A DNA stretch of 51,909 nucleotides, counting the filler, from Barthelona sp. PAP020 (Eukaryota): the NCBI GenBank assembly GCA_040182905.1. It is 2 parts of 2 records of this genome, joined end to end, with 100 filler letters (N's around TTAATTAATTAA, not from the genome) between each part and the next. Parts side by side here need not be neighbours in the genome. Positions count along the whole stretch, not along the records: positions 1 to 25,934 come from JARQWU010000141.1; positions 26,035 to 51,909 come from JARQWU010000142.1. One strand, written 5' to 3'. Below, piece after piece: positions 20,890-29,474 of the stretch. Both the position numbers and the translations under genes were made by a program. Within the stretch, counting starts at the first letter, position 1. Each line of letters opens with the position of its first letter. The notes under the pieces are model-generated. The model had not been told where the DNA came from. It worked only from the letters and a program-made list of their open reading frames with translations, and ran no database searches.

Positions 20890-21570
20890 TTACTTCTTCT
20901 CCTTTCCGCTCTCGCCGTGCCGCGGAGCTGACTGCTCCCTATTTTTATTCTTTTCTTTCGAATTTGAGGGTGTTTTCTTTATAGCAGGGAGTTTCCTAAA
21001 TAGAGTCGCTTCTACCCCAACAGCGTCTGCAAAAACGCTTTGAAACTCATATACATATCCAAATAACTTGGTTTGTCTTCCCTGTCCTAGTTGTAGGTGA
21101 ATTGACATCATGAACTCCTGGAATTCATCTTCAGAAAGATTCTGACCACACCAAAACACAAGTTCTATCAGATCTTGTAAATGGCGCATGGCCGCATTGG
21201 CATAACTCAAGCGTAGTCTGGGGTAAAATGTTTCCCCCTTCTTTTCGTCTAACTCTAAGCTTTGTTCCATAATTTTTCCTCTAATCTTGGAGGTCACACT
21301 CATGTTTCCTCCTCTATTCTTATCCATCAGAAGCTGCATCAACATATTTTGATTTCTTCTGAGTTCTTCCAAGGTTTCGAATGGAACCTGAACAAAATGT
21401 TTTCGCCCTTGGGCATCTCCCTTTGCATTACTAGCCAATTCTTCCTCCTCGACTTCTTCTTCCTCGTCATCCTTATTATCCTCAATGGATCCTTGATCGA
21501 CGGTCTGCAAATCTTGCACAAAGTCCGCATATTCGGCCATGTTATCCTTGTTACGTTTCGCTGTAGACAT
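20890..21570 (-). CDS. ORF1 (gag-position) of the DIRS-like element
   Basis: 226-aa ORF between the 5' ITR and pol; acidic N-terminus, basic C-terminus; assigned by position only. Confidence 0.75.
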   Translation of the reverse strand: MSTAKRNKDNMAEYADFVQDLQTVDQGSIEDNKDDEEEEVEEEELASNAKGDAQGRKHFVQVPFETLEELRRNQNMLMQLLMDKNRGGNMSVTSKIRGKIMEQSLELDEKKGETFYPRLRLSYANAAMRHLQDLIELVFWCGQNLSEDEFQEFMMSIHLQLGQGRQTKLFGYVYEFQSVFADAVGVEATLFRKLPAIKKTPSNSKEKNKNREQSAPRHGESGKEKK

Positions 21571-21740
21571 CTTAATATTCTAAATCTTTAAAATTTTGCT
21601 TTTACAAAAATACAAAAAAAGTGGGAAAGGATAATTTTTCCAAAATTTTCATACTTGTTGAGAAAAATTCATTTGCAGCATCACATTTTCTGAGTTTACT
21701 TTCTTTGTAAATAAATATTGTTGTTTCACAACTTGATCAA

Positions 21741-21787
21741 TCTTTTTTATTCACTCATACGCACAGTGCTTCTTGGCTTGGAAATAA
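21741..21787 (-). repeat. 5' inverted terminal repeat of the DIRS-like element
   Basis: Exact reverse complement of 17878-17924. Confidence 0.95.
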
Positions 21788-21981
21788 TTGCTTTTCTTCG
21801 TGTTGAAATAAAAATTATTGATAATTGTTTATTGAAAATTGAAATAGTTACAATGTTGAAAAAAAAAACACAGTAACACGTTTAGAAACGAAAAGAAAAA
21901 GAAAGAAAGAGGGGTACAACAGTGCCAACATGTTGTTCTTTTTTTTTTTTTAACTTTTTTTATTTTTTTTTAATTTTTTTT

Positions 21982-23202
21982 TTATTCTGTTAAACAAGCT
22001 AAATTATCTTCAAAACATTGAATTTGATCTTGATTAAACAGTTTGCCATCGATTGAAAGTAACTTTTCCAGGATTGCATTTTTTGTTTGGTTTGTTGCAA
22101 CCCATCGATCAACAAAAACATTAAAAGTGTTGTTGTTATTTAAATAGTACTTAAAAACTGATAAATCATTGTAACAATCAAAAATTTTAAGACAACAAGT
22201 TTGGAAATTAGAATTTATCCTCTCTTCAGCTTCATGAGGTAAAGGAGAAGACACGATAACTTTAGGGCTCTCAAGACTTTGTGAAGCAGCAACAATTAAA
22301 CATTCTGCTGGCCTTGTATAAATTTTTTGAATTGGATTTGTTGGAATATTCAACGAAGAGGTCAAAATCATACCATCCAATGAAACAGAAACAATTTTTT
22401 CTTTATTTTCAAATAAAGTGAATGATGTAACTTGTTCTTCATGTTTAACGAATAATATCGGTAATTTAGATGTAAATTCCCAAATGTAAATTTCACCAGA
22501 TTCCAGAGAAAATATTATTTTGTCTTTCTTTAAAAAGTTACATTGCGTTACTGGATATTCTTCTTGTAAATACTCATACAATGGCAATAATTTCACAGAA
22601 TTCAATAAGTTTATTGAAAACACCTTCAAATTACCATCATAACCACCAGTGACTAAAAATTTTCCAAAAAGATCAAGAGACACAATCATTCCATCATGTA
22701 TCTTGATTAGAAACTCAGTGTTGTCATTACACATGTCAATACAAACTATATTCCCATTACTATCACTGAACATTATCTTATCATTATCTAAAAAATCAAC
22801 ACATGTTATTGAACTGAAATGTTTGTAAGAATAGAGAAGACTAAAGTCTTTCAATGAATATACATACAAATTACCATCTAAACAAGAAATAATAATTGTT
22901 GTTGTATCATTTGAAAAACTTATATCACTTACCCAAGAACTTAAAGCTTCAAAACAATGTAGAGGTTTCAAATTTCCTTCAAAATTTCCATCAAAGAGCC
23001 AACAACAACAATCTTCAGATCCAAAACAAAAATATTCATCATGTTTTGAAAATTTCATGACTGTTATGTTTTTTGAACCGAATTTTTCTTTGTTGTAAAG
23101 TGAAGAATTGATTAATTTTTCATTTAAAATTTCATTATTATTATTTAAAACATCAAATAACTCATCAATCTCATTGTATAATAAATATTTGAAAGCAAAC
23201 AT
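21982..23202 (-). CDS. WD40-repeat protein
   Basis: FCFGSEDCCCWLF, IISCLDGNLYVY, LVTGGYDGNLKVF, IVSVSLDG; start set at in-frame ATG 23202. Confidence 0.85.
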   Translation of the reverse strand: MFAFKYLLYNEIDELFDVLNNNNEILNEKLINSSLYNKEKFGSKNITVMKFSKHDEYFCFGSEDCCCWLFDGNFEGNLKPLHCFEALSSWVSDISFSNDTTTIIISCLDGNLYVYSLKDFSLLYSYKHFSSITCVDFLDNDKIMFSDSNGNIVCIDMCNDNTEFLIKIHDGMIVSLDLFGKFLVTGGYDGNLKVFSINLLNSVKLLPLYEYLQEEYPVTQCNFLKKDKIIFSLESGEIYIWEFTSKLPILFVKHEEQVTSFTLFENKEKIVSVSLDGMILTSSLNIPTNPIQKIYTRPAECLIVAASQSLESPKVIVSSPLPHEAEERINSNFQTCCLKIFDCYNDLSVFKYYLNNNNTFNVFVDRWVATNQTKNAILEKLLSIDGKLFNQDQIQCFEDNLACLTE

Positions 23203-23599
23203 TATATATAAAGACAAAGGAAAAAGAAAAAATTCTGTCACCGTTGCAAATCAAAAGATATGTTTTTATTCTTACTAAACATTGAAACACACCTTTACAC
23301 TAAATTTGCTTTACATTTCTTTTTTGTTATATTTTTCTTTAATTTGTTTTTCCATTGAATTTTTCTTCGATTTTCATAAATTGCCATTACTTTAACTTTA
23401 TTTTTCTTTTAATTTTTACAAAAAACAGATTATTTTGAAAAAACAATTCTTTTCCCCTCAAAAATCCAACAAAAACAAAAAAAAAAGAGAAATTTCACAA
23501 TTTTTATACAATCATTTAAACATAAAATATAAACATGTATTGTGTTAAATTTGATAAAATCTGAATTAAAGAAAAAAAATACTGAAGCGTTTGCAAATT

Positions 23600-25720
23600 T
23601 CACAAAATATCACTCAAAATTTCAATTGCGTTTAGACAACACTTTTCTTCAAATTCATTTGATGGATCAATAGCTTCAATAAGCTTCCATAATTCCTCAT
23701 ATTGTTCTGAAGAAAGTTCAAATTGTCTTTGATTCAATAAAAAACAAATTAAACACAAGATAACTCCATCAAAACAACCAGTTTCAATATTTTTTGAATA
23801 AATTTCAATGATGAAGAGAAATAACTCATTCAAAATTTCATTTTCAACTTTTAATATTGGAAAATCACTAATCTTTTTCAATTGTAAAAGTTTCCCAAAC
23901 ATTTTGAATTTTTTATTCACCAATAATTTCTTTAATCGATTGCAATTATCGTCTAAACTGGAAATTATTGAATTTATTGATTCAGCAGTGATTGTCAATT
24001 TGCTATAAAATAATTTGAACATTTCGATGTCATCATTGCTAGAATGCAATGTAGCCACTTTCAACAATTCATTTAACCAAATCTCAATATCATCCCAAAT
24101 ACTGGCATCAACGTTTGGCATAACATCTGTGGAAGGGTATACCATTGAAATTTGAGGCATAATAGGTTCAGTTTCAATATGAATGGATGATGGTACCATT
24201 TCATAATTTTCAAAGTTTTCAAAGTTTTCAAAGTTTTCATAATTTTCATAATTATCAAAAGGTTCAAAAGGAGCAAATGTTTCAGGAACCATAAAATTAT
24301 CAATTGTTGAAGAATTTTGAAAAGGTTGGAAATTTTCAAACAATTTATTTTCCAATTTTGATTTCAATTTTGAACAATCAAAAAAAAAGATATCTTTTGA
24401 TATTGAATGAACAGCATAAATGTAATGATCGACCACAATCCAATTATATAAAGAAGAAACATCAAGTTTATACAAAGGAATAATATTTAGATGATTAGAA
24501 AAAGCAGGTAAAGGAGAAATTTTATCATCCATTTCAAATAATAATAAAACGTTTTCAAAAATGATGGTTAATAATATTCTTTCTTCTTTTTGAAATGGAA
24601 CAATGAAAGAATGTATAATTTTTGATTTAAAATAATTTTTCCATTTTGGAGCATAGGTATCGATAGGTAATTTTGTATAATTATGTGGATATAAAGAAAA
24701 GAAGATTAAAGTACCTTCAGAATTAATAATTAAATAATGGTTATCCAATTCTTTTGAATACATGTTAGCAATTCTCCTAGAATTTGCTAGATTATAGAGA
24801 TAAACAGAATTCTTAATAATCATCTCTTTATCATCATTTATTACTTGATAATCATTTAAAACATCTAAAAATTCATATTTTAACATATTTTCTTCATATA
24901 AATGACAATAGATGAAAATTAAATCTTCTCCATTCATTGTAAACTTAGATAAATATTTTTTAAACTTATGAACTTTTAAACCATTCTTTCCAGAAAAAAT
25001 AATTTGTCTCCCATTTTCATTTTCACAAAATTTTTGGGACTTTTGAAACTTTTGAAACTTTTGACCAATTCTTACTAAATTTAAAAATCTAAAATTTTCA
25101 AATGAATAATAAATCAATAATGTTTGACTTTTCACATATAAATAATTGAAAATTAAATCTTTTGATGGAGACTTTATCATAAAAACAAGATCTACACCAG
25201 TCAAATCAAATTCATATACACATATCAGATAAGAAGTTACCAAAAATATTTGATTATCAACTAATTCTAGTTGTTTAATTGAATTCTTTATTGAAATCTT
25301 TTTCCCATTGGAAAAATAATATAAATCAACAATATTATTGATACGTTTCTTTTTTGTATCAATAATTACTAATTGAGGACTCATATTTTGTTCAGTATTG
25401 ATACAAAATACTAAATATTGGCCAAAATTAAAACTGAATCGAATTATATTATGTTGTTTAAATATTTCTAAATCGTTCATCACAAGTTCAAAAGAATATT
25501 CATTTTCATCTTCTTTGACATTTGTATCAAAATCATGCGTGGAATTATCAAAATCTAAAGTTAAATCACATGCATCAGTAAAATGGTTTTCAAAATATTC
25601 TTTTAAAGCATTCAAATCATATGGATCCTTATTTTTCATACAATTCTTTTCATCAATAACATCTAAAAAAAAGAAAATTTCTAATTTGTGTCTTTTTATC
25701 AATATGAATATGGAATTCAA
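23600..25720 (-). CDS. Hypothetical protein (beta-rich N-terminal region, ENF/ENY repeat linker, helical C-terminus); start uncertain
   Basis: 706-aa ORF; about six 9-nt repeats near 24200-24255; no confident family assignment. Confidence 0.65.
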   Translation of the reverse strand: MNSIFILIKRHKLEIFFFLDVIDEKNCMKNKDPYDLNALKEYFENHFTDACDLTLDFDNSTHDFDTNVKEDENEYSFELVMNDLEIFKQHNIIRFSFNFGQYLVFCINTEQNMSPQLVIIDTKKKRINNIVDLYYFSNGKKISIKNSIKQLELVDNQIFLVTSYLICVYEFDLTGVDLVFMIKSPSKDLIFNYLYVKSQTLLIYYSFENFRFLNLVRIGQKFQKFQKSQKFCENENGRQIIFSGKNGLKVHKFKKYLSKFTMNGEDLIFIYCHLYEENMLKYEFLDVLNDYQVINDDKEMIIKNSVYLYNLANSRRIANMYSKELDNHYLIINSEGTLIFFSLYPHNYTKLPIDTYAPKWKNYFKSKIIHSFIVPFQKEERILLTIIFENVLLLFEMDDKISPLPAFSNHLNIIPLYKLDVSSLYNWIVVDHYIYAVHSISKDIFFFDCSKLKSKLENKLFENFQPFQNSSTIDNFMVPETFAPFEPFDNYENYENFENFENFENYEMVPSSIHIETEPIMPQISMVYPSTDVMPNVDASIWDDIEIWLNELLKVATLHSSNDDIEMFKLFYSKLTITAESINSIISSLDDNCNRLKKLLVNKKFKMFGKLLQLKKISDFPILKVENEILNELFLFIIEIYSKNIETGCFDGVILCLICFLLNQRQFELSSEQYEELWKLIEAIDPSNEFEEKCCLNAIEILSDIL

Positions 25721-25734
25721 AAAGTATTATACAT

Positions 25735-25934
25735 TTATTTATAAATTAAATCTTTCAGTTTTTGTTCAAATAACTCTGATTTAATGGGCATATCTTGTCT
25801 TTGAAAAGGATTCTTTAAGGCATAATTACAATATAAAAAATAAATTTCATCCAATAAATCTTCAATACCTTGGGTTATAACATCTGTAATGGCACATATT
25901 GTTAATTTAGTAGGTGTTGTTAAACATACCATTT
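25735..25934 (-). CDS. TRAPPC4: TRAPP complex subunit TRAPPC4/Trs23 (sybindin family), 3' part; truncated by the gap
   Basis: LLDEIYFLYCNYALKNPFQRQDMPIKSELFEQKL matches the YxLYxDYxLKNPFY..EMPIRCELFD motif. Confidence 0.8.
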
Positions 25935-26034
25935 NNNNNNNNNNNNNNNNNNNNNNNNNNNNNNNNNNNNNNNNNNNNTTAATTAATTAANNNNNNNNNN
26001 NNNNNNNNNNNNNNNNNNNNNNNNNNNNNNNNNN
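25935..26034. other. Artificial 100-nt contig-join spacer
   Basis: 44 N + TTAATTAATTAA (stops in all six frames) + 44 N. Confidence 0.95.
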
Positions 26035-26190
26035 CCAGGATTCAAATTCAAGGCTTTCCCAACTACTCATTTCAATAACACACCGTATATAAAAGCTTTC
26101 GTATACCTTTTCTTGTACCTAACGTGAAAATGAATGTATACTCCTCGGAAGCTTTTGCTTGAAAGTCACATTCAATCCTCAGGGTGAGAG

Positions 26191-26201
26191 ACTCGATCCT
26201 T
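26191..26201 (-). promoter_or_regulatory. B-box-like 11-mer AAGGATCGAGT downstream of tRNA-Leu
   Basis: Identical to 17604-17614; 26 nt after the tRNA 3' end. Confidence 0.6.
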
Positions 26202-26227
26202 CCCCTAAATCTTCCTTATTCAAAACT

Positions 26228-26310
26228 TGTATGAGACGGGATTCGAACCCGCGCATCCGGAGATACCAGAGCCTTAATCTGGCGCCTTAGACCAACTTGG
26301 CTACCCATAC
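26228..26310 (-). tRNA. tRNA-Leu (AAG)
   Basis: GTATGGG TA GCCAAGTTGGTCTAAGGC G CCAGA TTAAGGC TCTGG, long variable arm, GCGGG TTCGAAT CCCGT CTCATAC A, then TTTT. Confidence 0.93.
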
Positions 26311-26682
26311 CTGAAGGATTCAAGAAATTAAATTGCACCGTTAAAAAACATGCGAAATCAAATACAGCTGAAAAAGAACATTTGATAATTTAAAAATTAA
26401 AGCCTTTTCAACTCCACAAGCACAAATTTAAAATGGATTAATTAGAATTAAATAGTTTATACAAAATGAATCCAAGGTTTTCTTTAATAACTGAAGTAAA
26501 TGGTAATGTTTTCAAACATCGGTAGCTTTAATTGTTAAACTGGTAAATTGATTAAAATTCTTTATCACATGAATTTTAGACAGGTATCCAATAATAGAAC
26601 AACTTCTTACACACAAACCAAACCAAAAAATATTGAAAAGAGTCATTTTTTTGATGAAGAATTAAACTTTTCTCATATATTG

Positions 26683-26922
26683 ATGGAAAGGTTGGCCAAT
26701 TTGCAAAAATATAGAATTCAATTAGAGGAAGAAAATTCTCGTTTGGCAAAAGAAATAAATGATCGCGATTTGATCATTACAAAATTAACAAATGATTTAT
26801 CTGCTGAAAGACAAAGATTTATTGAAAATATTAACCGTTGTGACATGTTGGAAGAAGAAATCAGAGATTTAAAACAAAATCCTGAAGCGTTAGAACCTTC
26901 ACTTGATGCAGGAATAAAATAA
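26683..26922 (+). CDS. Small coiled-coil protein (start uncertain)
   Basis: Heptad-rich MERLANLQKYRIQLEEENSRLAKEI...; convergent with the next gene. Confidence 0.55.
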   Translation: MERLANLQKYRIQLEEENSRLAKEINDRDLIITKLTNDLSAERQRFIENINRCDMLEEEIRDLKQNPEALEPSLDAGIK

Positions 26923-26949
26923 AAAAGAAGCAAAATATGTTTATAGAAA

Positions 26950-27426
26950 TTAAAGATCATCTGATTGTTGTTTTACTGATTTATTGATAAGATCTCTTTG
27001 TTCACTATTATATAGAAATTCATCCTTCTTTTGTTCTAAAAATTTTCCAACTTTAACAGATTCTAAATTGTCATTGTTTATTAAATCTAACCATTCTTTT
27101 TCAGATTTTTCAATTTTTGTTTTAAATTCATATAAATTAATATCATTATTTTCATTTAAATAATCTAATTCTTCTTCAAAAATAGATTGAATAGCTTTAA
27201 TTCTAGCTTCCAAAACTTTTTCAATACCATGATATTCAATAAGAACTGTAACAATTTCAGAATATTCTTTTTGAGCTTTTTCTATATTCAAACTATTAGT
27301 CTCATCAAGCATTTCCCATTCTGTTGCAATTTTATCAAAAACTAATTCAATATTTTTAATTTCCAATCGAATTCTTGTTAAAGTTTCATTATATTTTTTG
27401 ATTTTTTCATCATATTTCAATATCAT
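26950..27426 (-). CDS. Hypothetical coiled-coil protein (158 aa)
   Basis: E/K/I/L-rich helical ORF, divergent from the NEK gene. Confidence 0.6.
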   Translation of the reverse strand: MILKYDEKIKKYNETLTRIRLEIKNIELVFDKIATEWEMLDETNSLNIEKAQKEYSEIVTVLIEYHGIEKVLEARIKAIQSIFEEELDYLNENNDINLYEFKTKIEKSEKEWLDLINNDNLESVKVGKFLEQKKDEFLYNSEQRDLINKSVKQQSDDL

Positions 27427-27539
27427 TTCATTTAATAGAATGAATTAAAAGAAAAAAATATCTTTTAATTCATTTTTGAAAACCATTTTTTCATTGTAAT
27501 TGAAGAGTATTTCTTAAAAATGGCAGAAATTAAGATTAA

Positions 27540-29234
27540 ATGAACATTCCAAATATTCATATTAATGATTTTGATATTCTTCGAGAATTACAAAGAACCA
27601 AGGGTGGTTCAGTTCAAAAAGCTTATTGGAAAACATACGGTATAGTAGTTATTTTGAAAGAACGAAGAACTAGTGAACTTGGTTCTGGTAGAGATACTTT
27701 AAATGAATACAAATTGTTAATGTCTGTTAATCATCCAAATATTGTCAAATGTTTAGCTACATTTAAACATTCAAGAGCTAATTCACAGCAAATTGTGCTT
27801 GAATTTTGTAATCAGGGAGATCTGAGTGACCTAATTCAGCAACATAAAGATGTTGGTCAACCAATTTCTGAAATATTAATTTTAAAATATTTCAAACAAT
27901 TAATTTCCGCTTTAGCTTATTTACATAAACAAAAAATAATACACAGAGATGTTAAGCCATTGAATTGTTTCATTCATAATGGTTGCTTGAAGCTTGGAGA
28001 TTTTGGAGTTTCCACTCAATTATATAATACTATTCATGCCAGAACTTTTTTGGGGACACCTAGTTATTTATCACCTGAGGTTGTTGCTGGCAGGCCGTAC
28101 AGCTTTTCGTCTGATATCTGGGCCTCAGGTGTTTTATTGTTTGAATTGTTGACATTAAGAACACCATTCACTGGTTCTATTAATGAAATATTTGAAAAGA
28201 TACGTTGCGTCAATATTGGATATCATAACGACATTTCTGAATATTGGACAGTGCTTTTGAATAAAATGCTATGTGATTCAAGTCAACGATGGTCGGGTGA
28301 TCAAATCTTGAAATATTTGGAGGACTGTTGGAGTGATGAATATCATAATGACAATGAAGACTTAGCGTTTGTTGTAAATGAAGACATTCATTTGTCACCT
28401 CCAAAATTGATATTAAACGAATTTCAAAGTCCAAACCGTTCTCGAACTATATCTCGAGAGGTAAAGACATTTCAAAATGGTGATAGTTTTTCCACAGAAA
28501 AACGTATGCTTCAAGACAAGGGAAAAACTTTTATTACATCTACACAAGGTTTACAGAATCAAGAACATGATCCTTTTGGACGTAAGATTGTAACTGTACG
28601 ACACAAACATAAAAAGGATAATGTACTGAATCAAAAACAAAAAGTACCTGTTTTACACACAGTAAGTAGTAAAAATGAAGTGTTTACTGGTGACAAGAGA
28701 ATTCAGAATATTTTTGAAGATTTTAAACCTGTTGAACAAATGTTCCATGTTCCCCGAGACAATATTGTGCTTCCTGTGTCAACTGAAAACGAACTGAAAC
28801 AAGATTCATTCATTCCAAAACAAGTTTCATTGAGAAATGCTATTCAACCAGAAGCAAAAAGTCAAATTCAAAAACAAAAATCGAATGAAATACAAGTACC
28901 TTTACCAAAGCAGGGTATTGTTGCAAAACCCATTGATGTTTCATTATTTGTTAATGATATTTCTGCACCGAATAGTAAGCCAGTTGGAACTGAAAATTTA
29001 CATCAATTCTATCAACATCAGAAAGTTGACGTTGTAAAAGATATTAACAATTTTCAAAATATAGTCTCCACAAATTTTTTGCCTAAACCTAAACTTCCCG
29101 TAAAATCACCCGTCAATCTCAATCATTTAGAAGATATTGAAGCAATTGAAAATGCAGAGATTCCTTTCTTTATGAATTTTGGTGCAAGAGCTCAATTATT
29201 ACGACTTAAACAGTTTAATCCTTCTGACCATTAG
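27540..29234 (+). CDS. NIMA-related (NEK) Ser/Thr kinase
   Basis: HPNIV, IVLEFCNQGDL, LAYLHKQKIIHRDVKPLN, KLGDFG, ARTFLGTPSYLSPE..GRPYSFSSDIWASG; long disordered tail. Confidence 0.9.
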   Translation: MNIPNIHINDFDILRELQRTKGGSVQKAYWKTYGIVVILKERRTSELGSGRDTLNEYKLLMSVNHPNIVKCLATFKHSRANSQQIVLEFCNQGDLSDLIQQHKDVGQPISEILILKYFKQLISALAYLHKQKIIHRDVKPLNCFIHNGCLKLGDFGVSTQLYNTIHARTFLGTPSYLSPEVVAGRPYSFSSDIWASGVLLFELLTLRTPFTGSINEIFEKIRCVNIGYHNDISEYWTVLLNKMLCDSSQRWSGDQILKYLEDCWSDEYHNDNEDLAFVVNEDIHLSPPKLILNEFQSPNRSRTISREVKTFQNGDSFSTEKRMLQDKGKTFITSTQGLQNQEHDPFGRKIVTVRHKHKKDNVLNQKQKVPVLHTVSSKNEVFTGDKRIQNIFEDFKPVEQMFHVPRDNIVLPVSTENELKQDSFIPKQVSLRNAIQPEAKSQIQKQKSNEIQVPLPKQGIVAKPIDVSLFVNDISAPNSKPVGTENLHQFYQHQKVDVVKDINNFQNIVSTNFLPKPKLPVKSPVNLNHLEDIEAIENAEIPFFMNFGARAQLLRLKQFNPSDH

Positions 29235-29474
29235 ATTGTGAATAAATATTATTTTTGTATTGTTGTAACAATTTTTTTTTTTTTTGATTTTTGAATTATG
29301 TCGTTATGATTAGCAATAAGTAATAATTGAATATGAATAAATTGCAATTTTGATATTAAAAATATTTCAAATGTTCTTTGATTGAGTATTTTACAGGAAA
29401 TGAATAGTTAGTACAATGAAATTACAATTGTTAAAATCATTTAATAATTACACATTTTGTTTATTTAATGAATA

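Larger units (their letters stand above)
17878..21787 (-). mobile_element. DIRS-like tyrosine-recombinase retrotransposon, apparently full length (3910 bp)
   Basis: Perfect 47-bp inverted terminal repeats, gag-position ORF, RT-RNase H-YR ORF, 3' internal complementary region, no evident target-site duplication; coding part visibly more GC-rich than host genes. Confidence 0.93.

Noticed and set aside
25979..25990. Palindromic TTAATTAATTAA inside the N-run
   Set aside because: Standard six-frame-stop linker added during assembly; not biological, and adjacency across it is unproven
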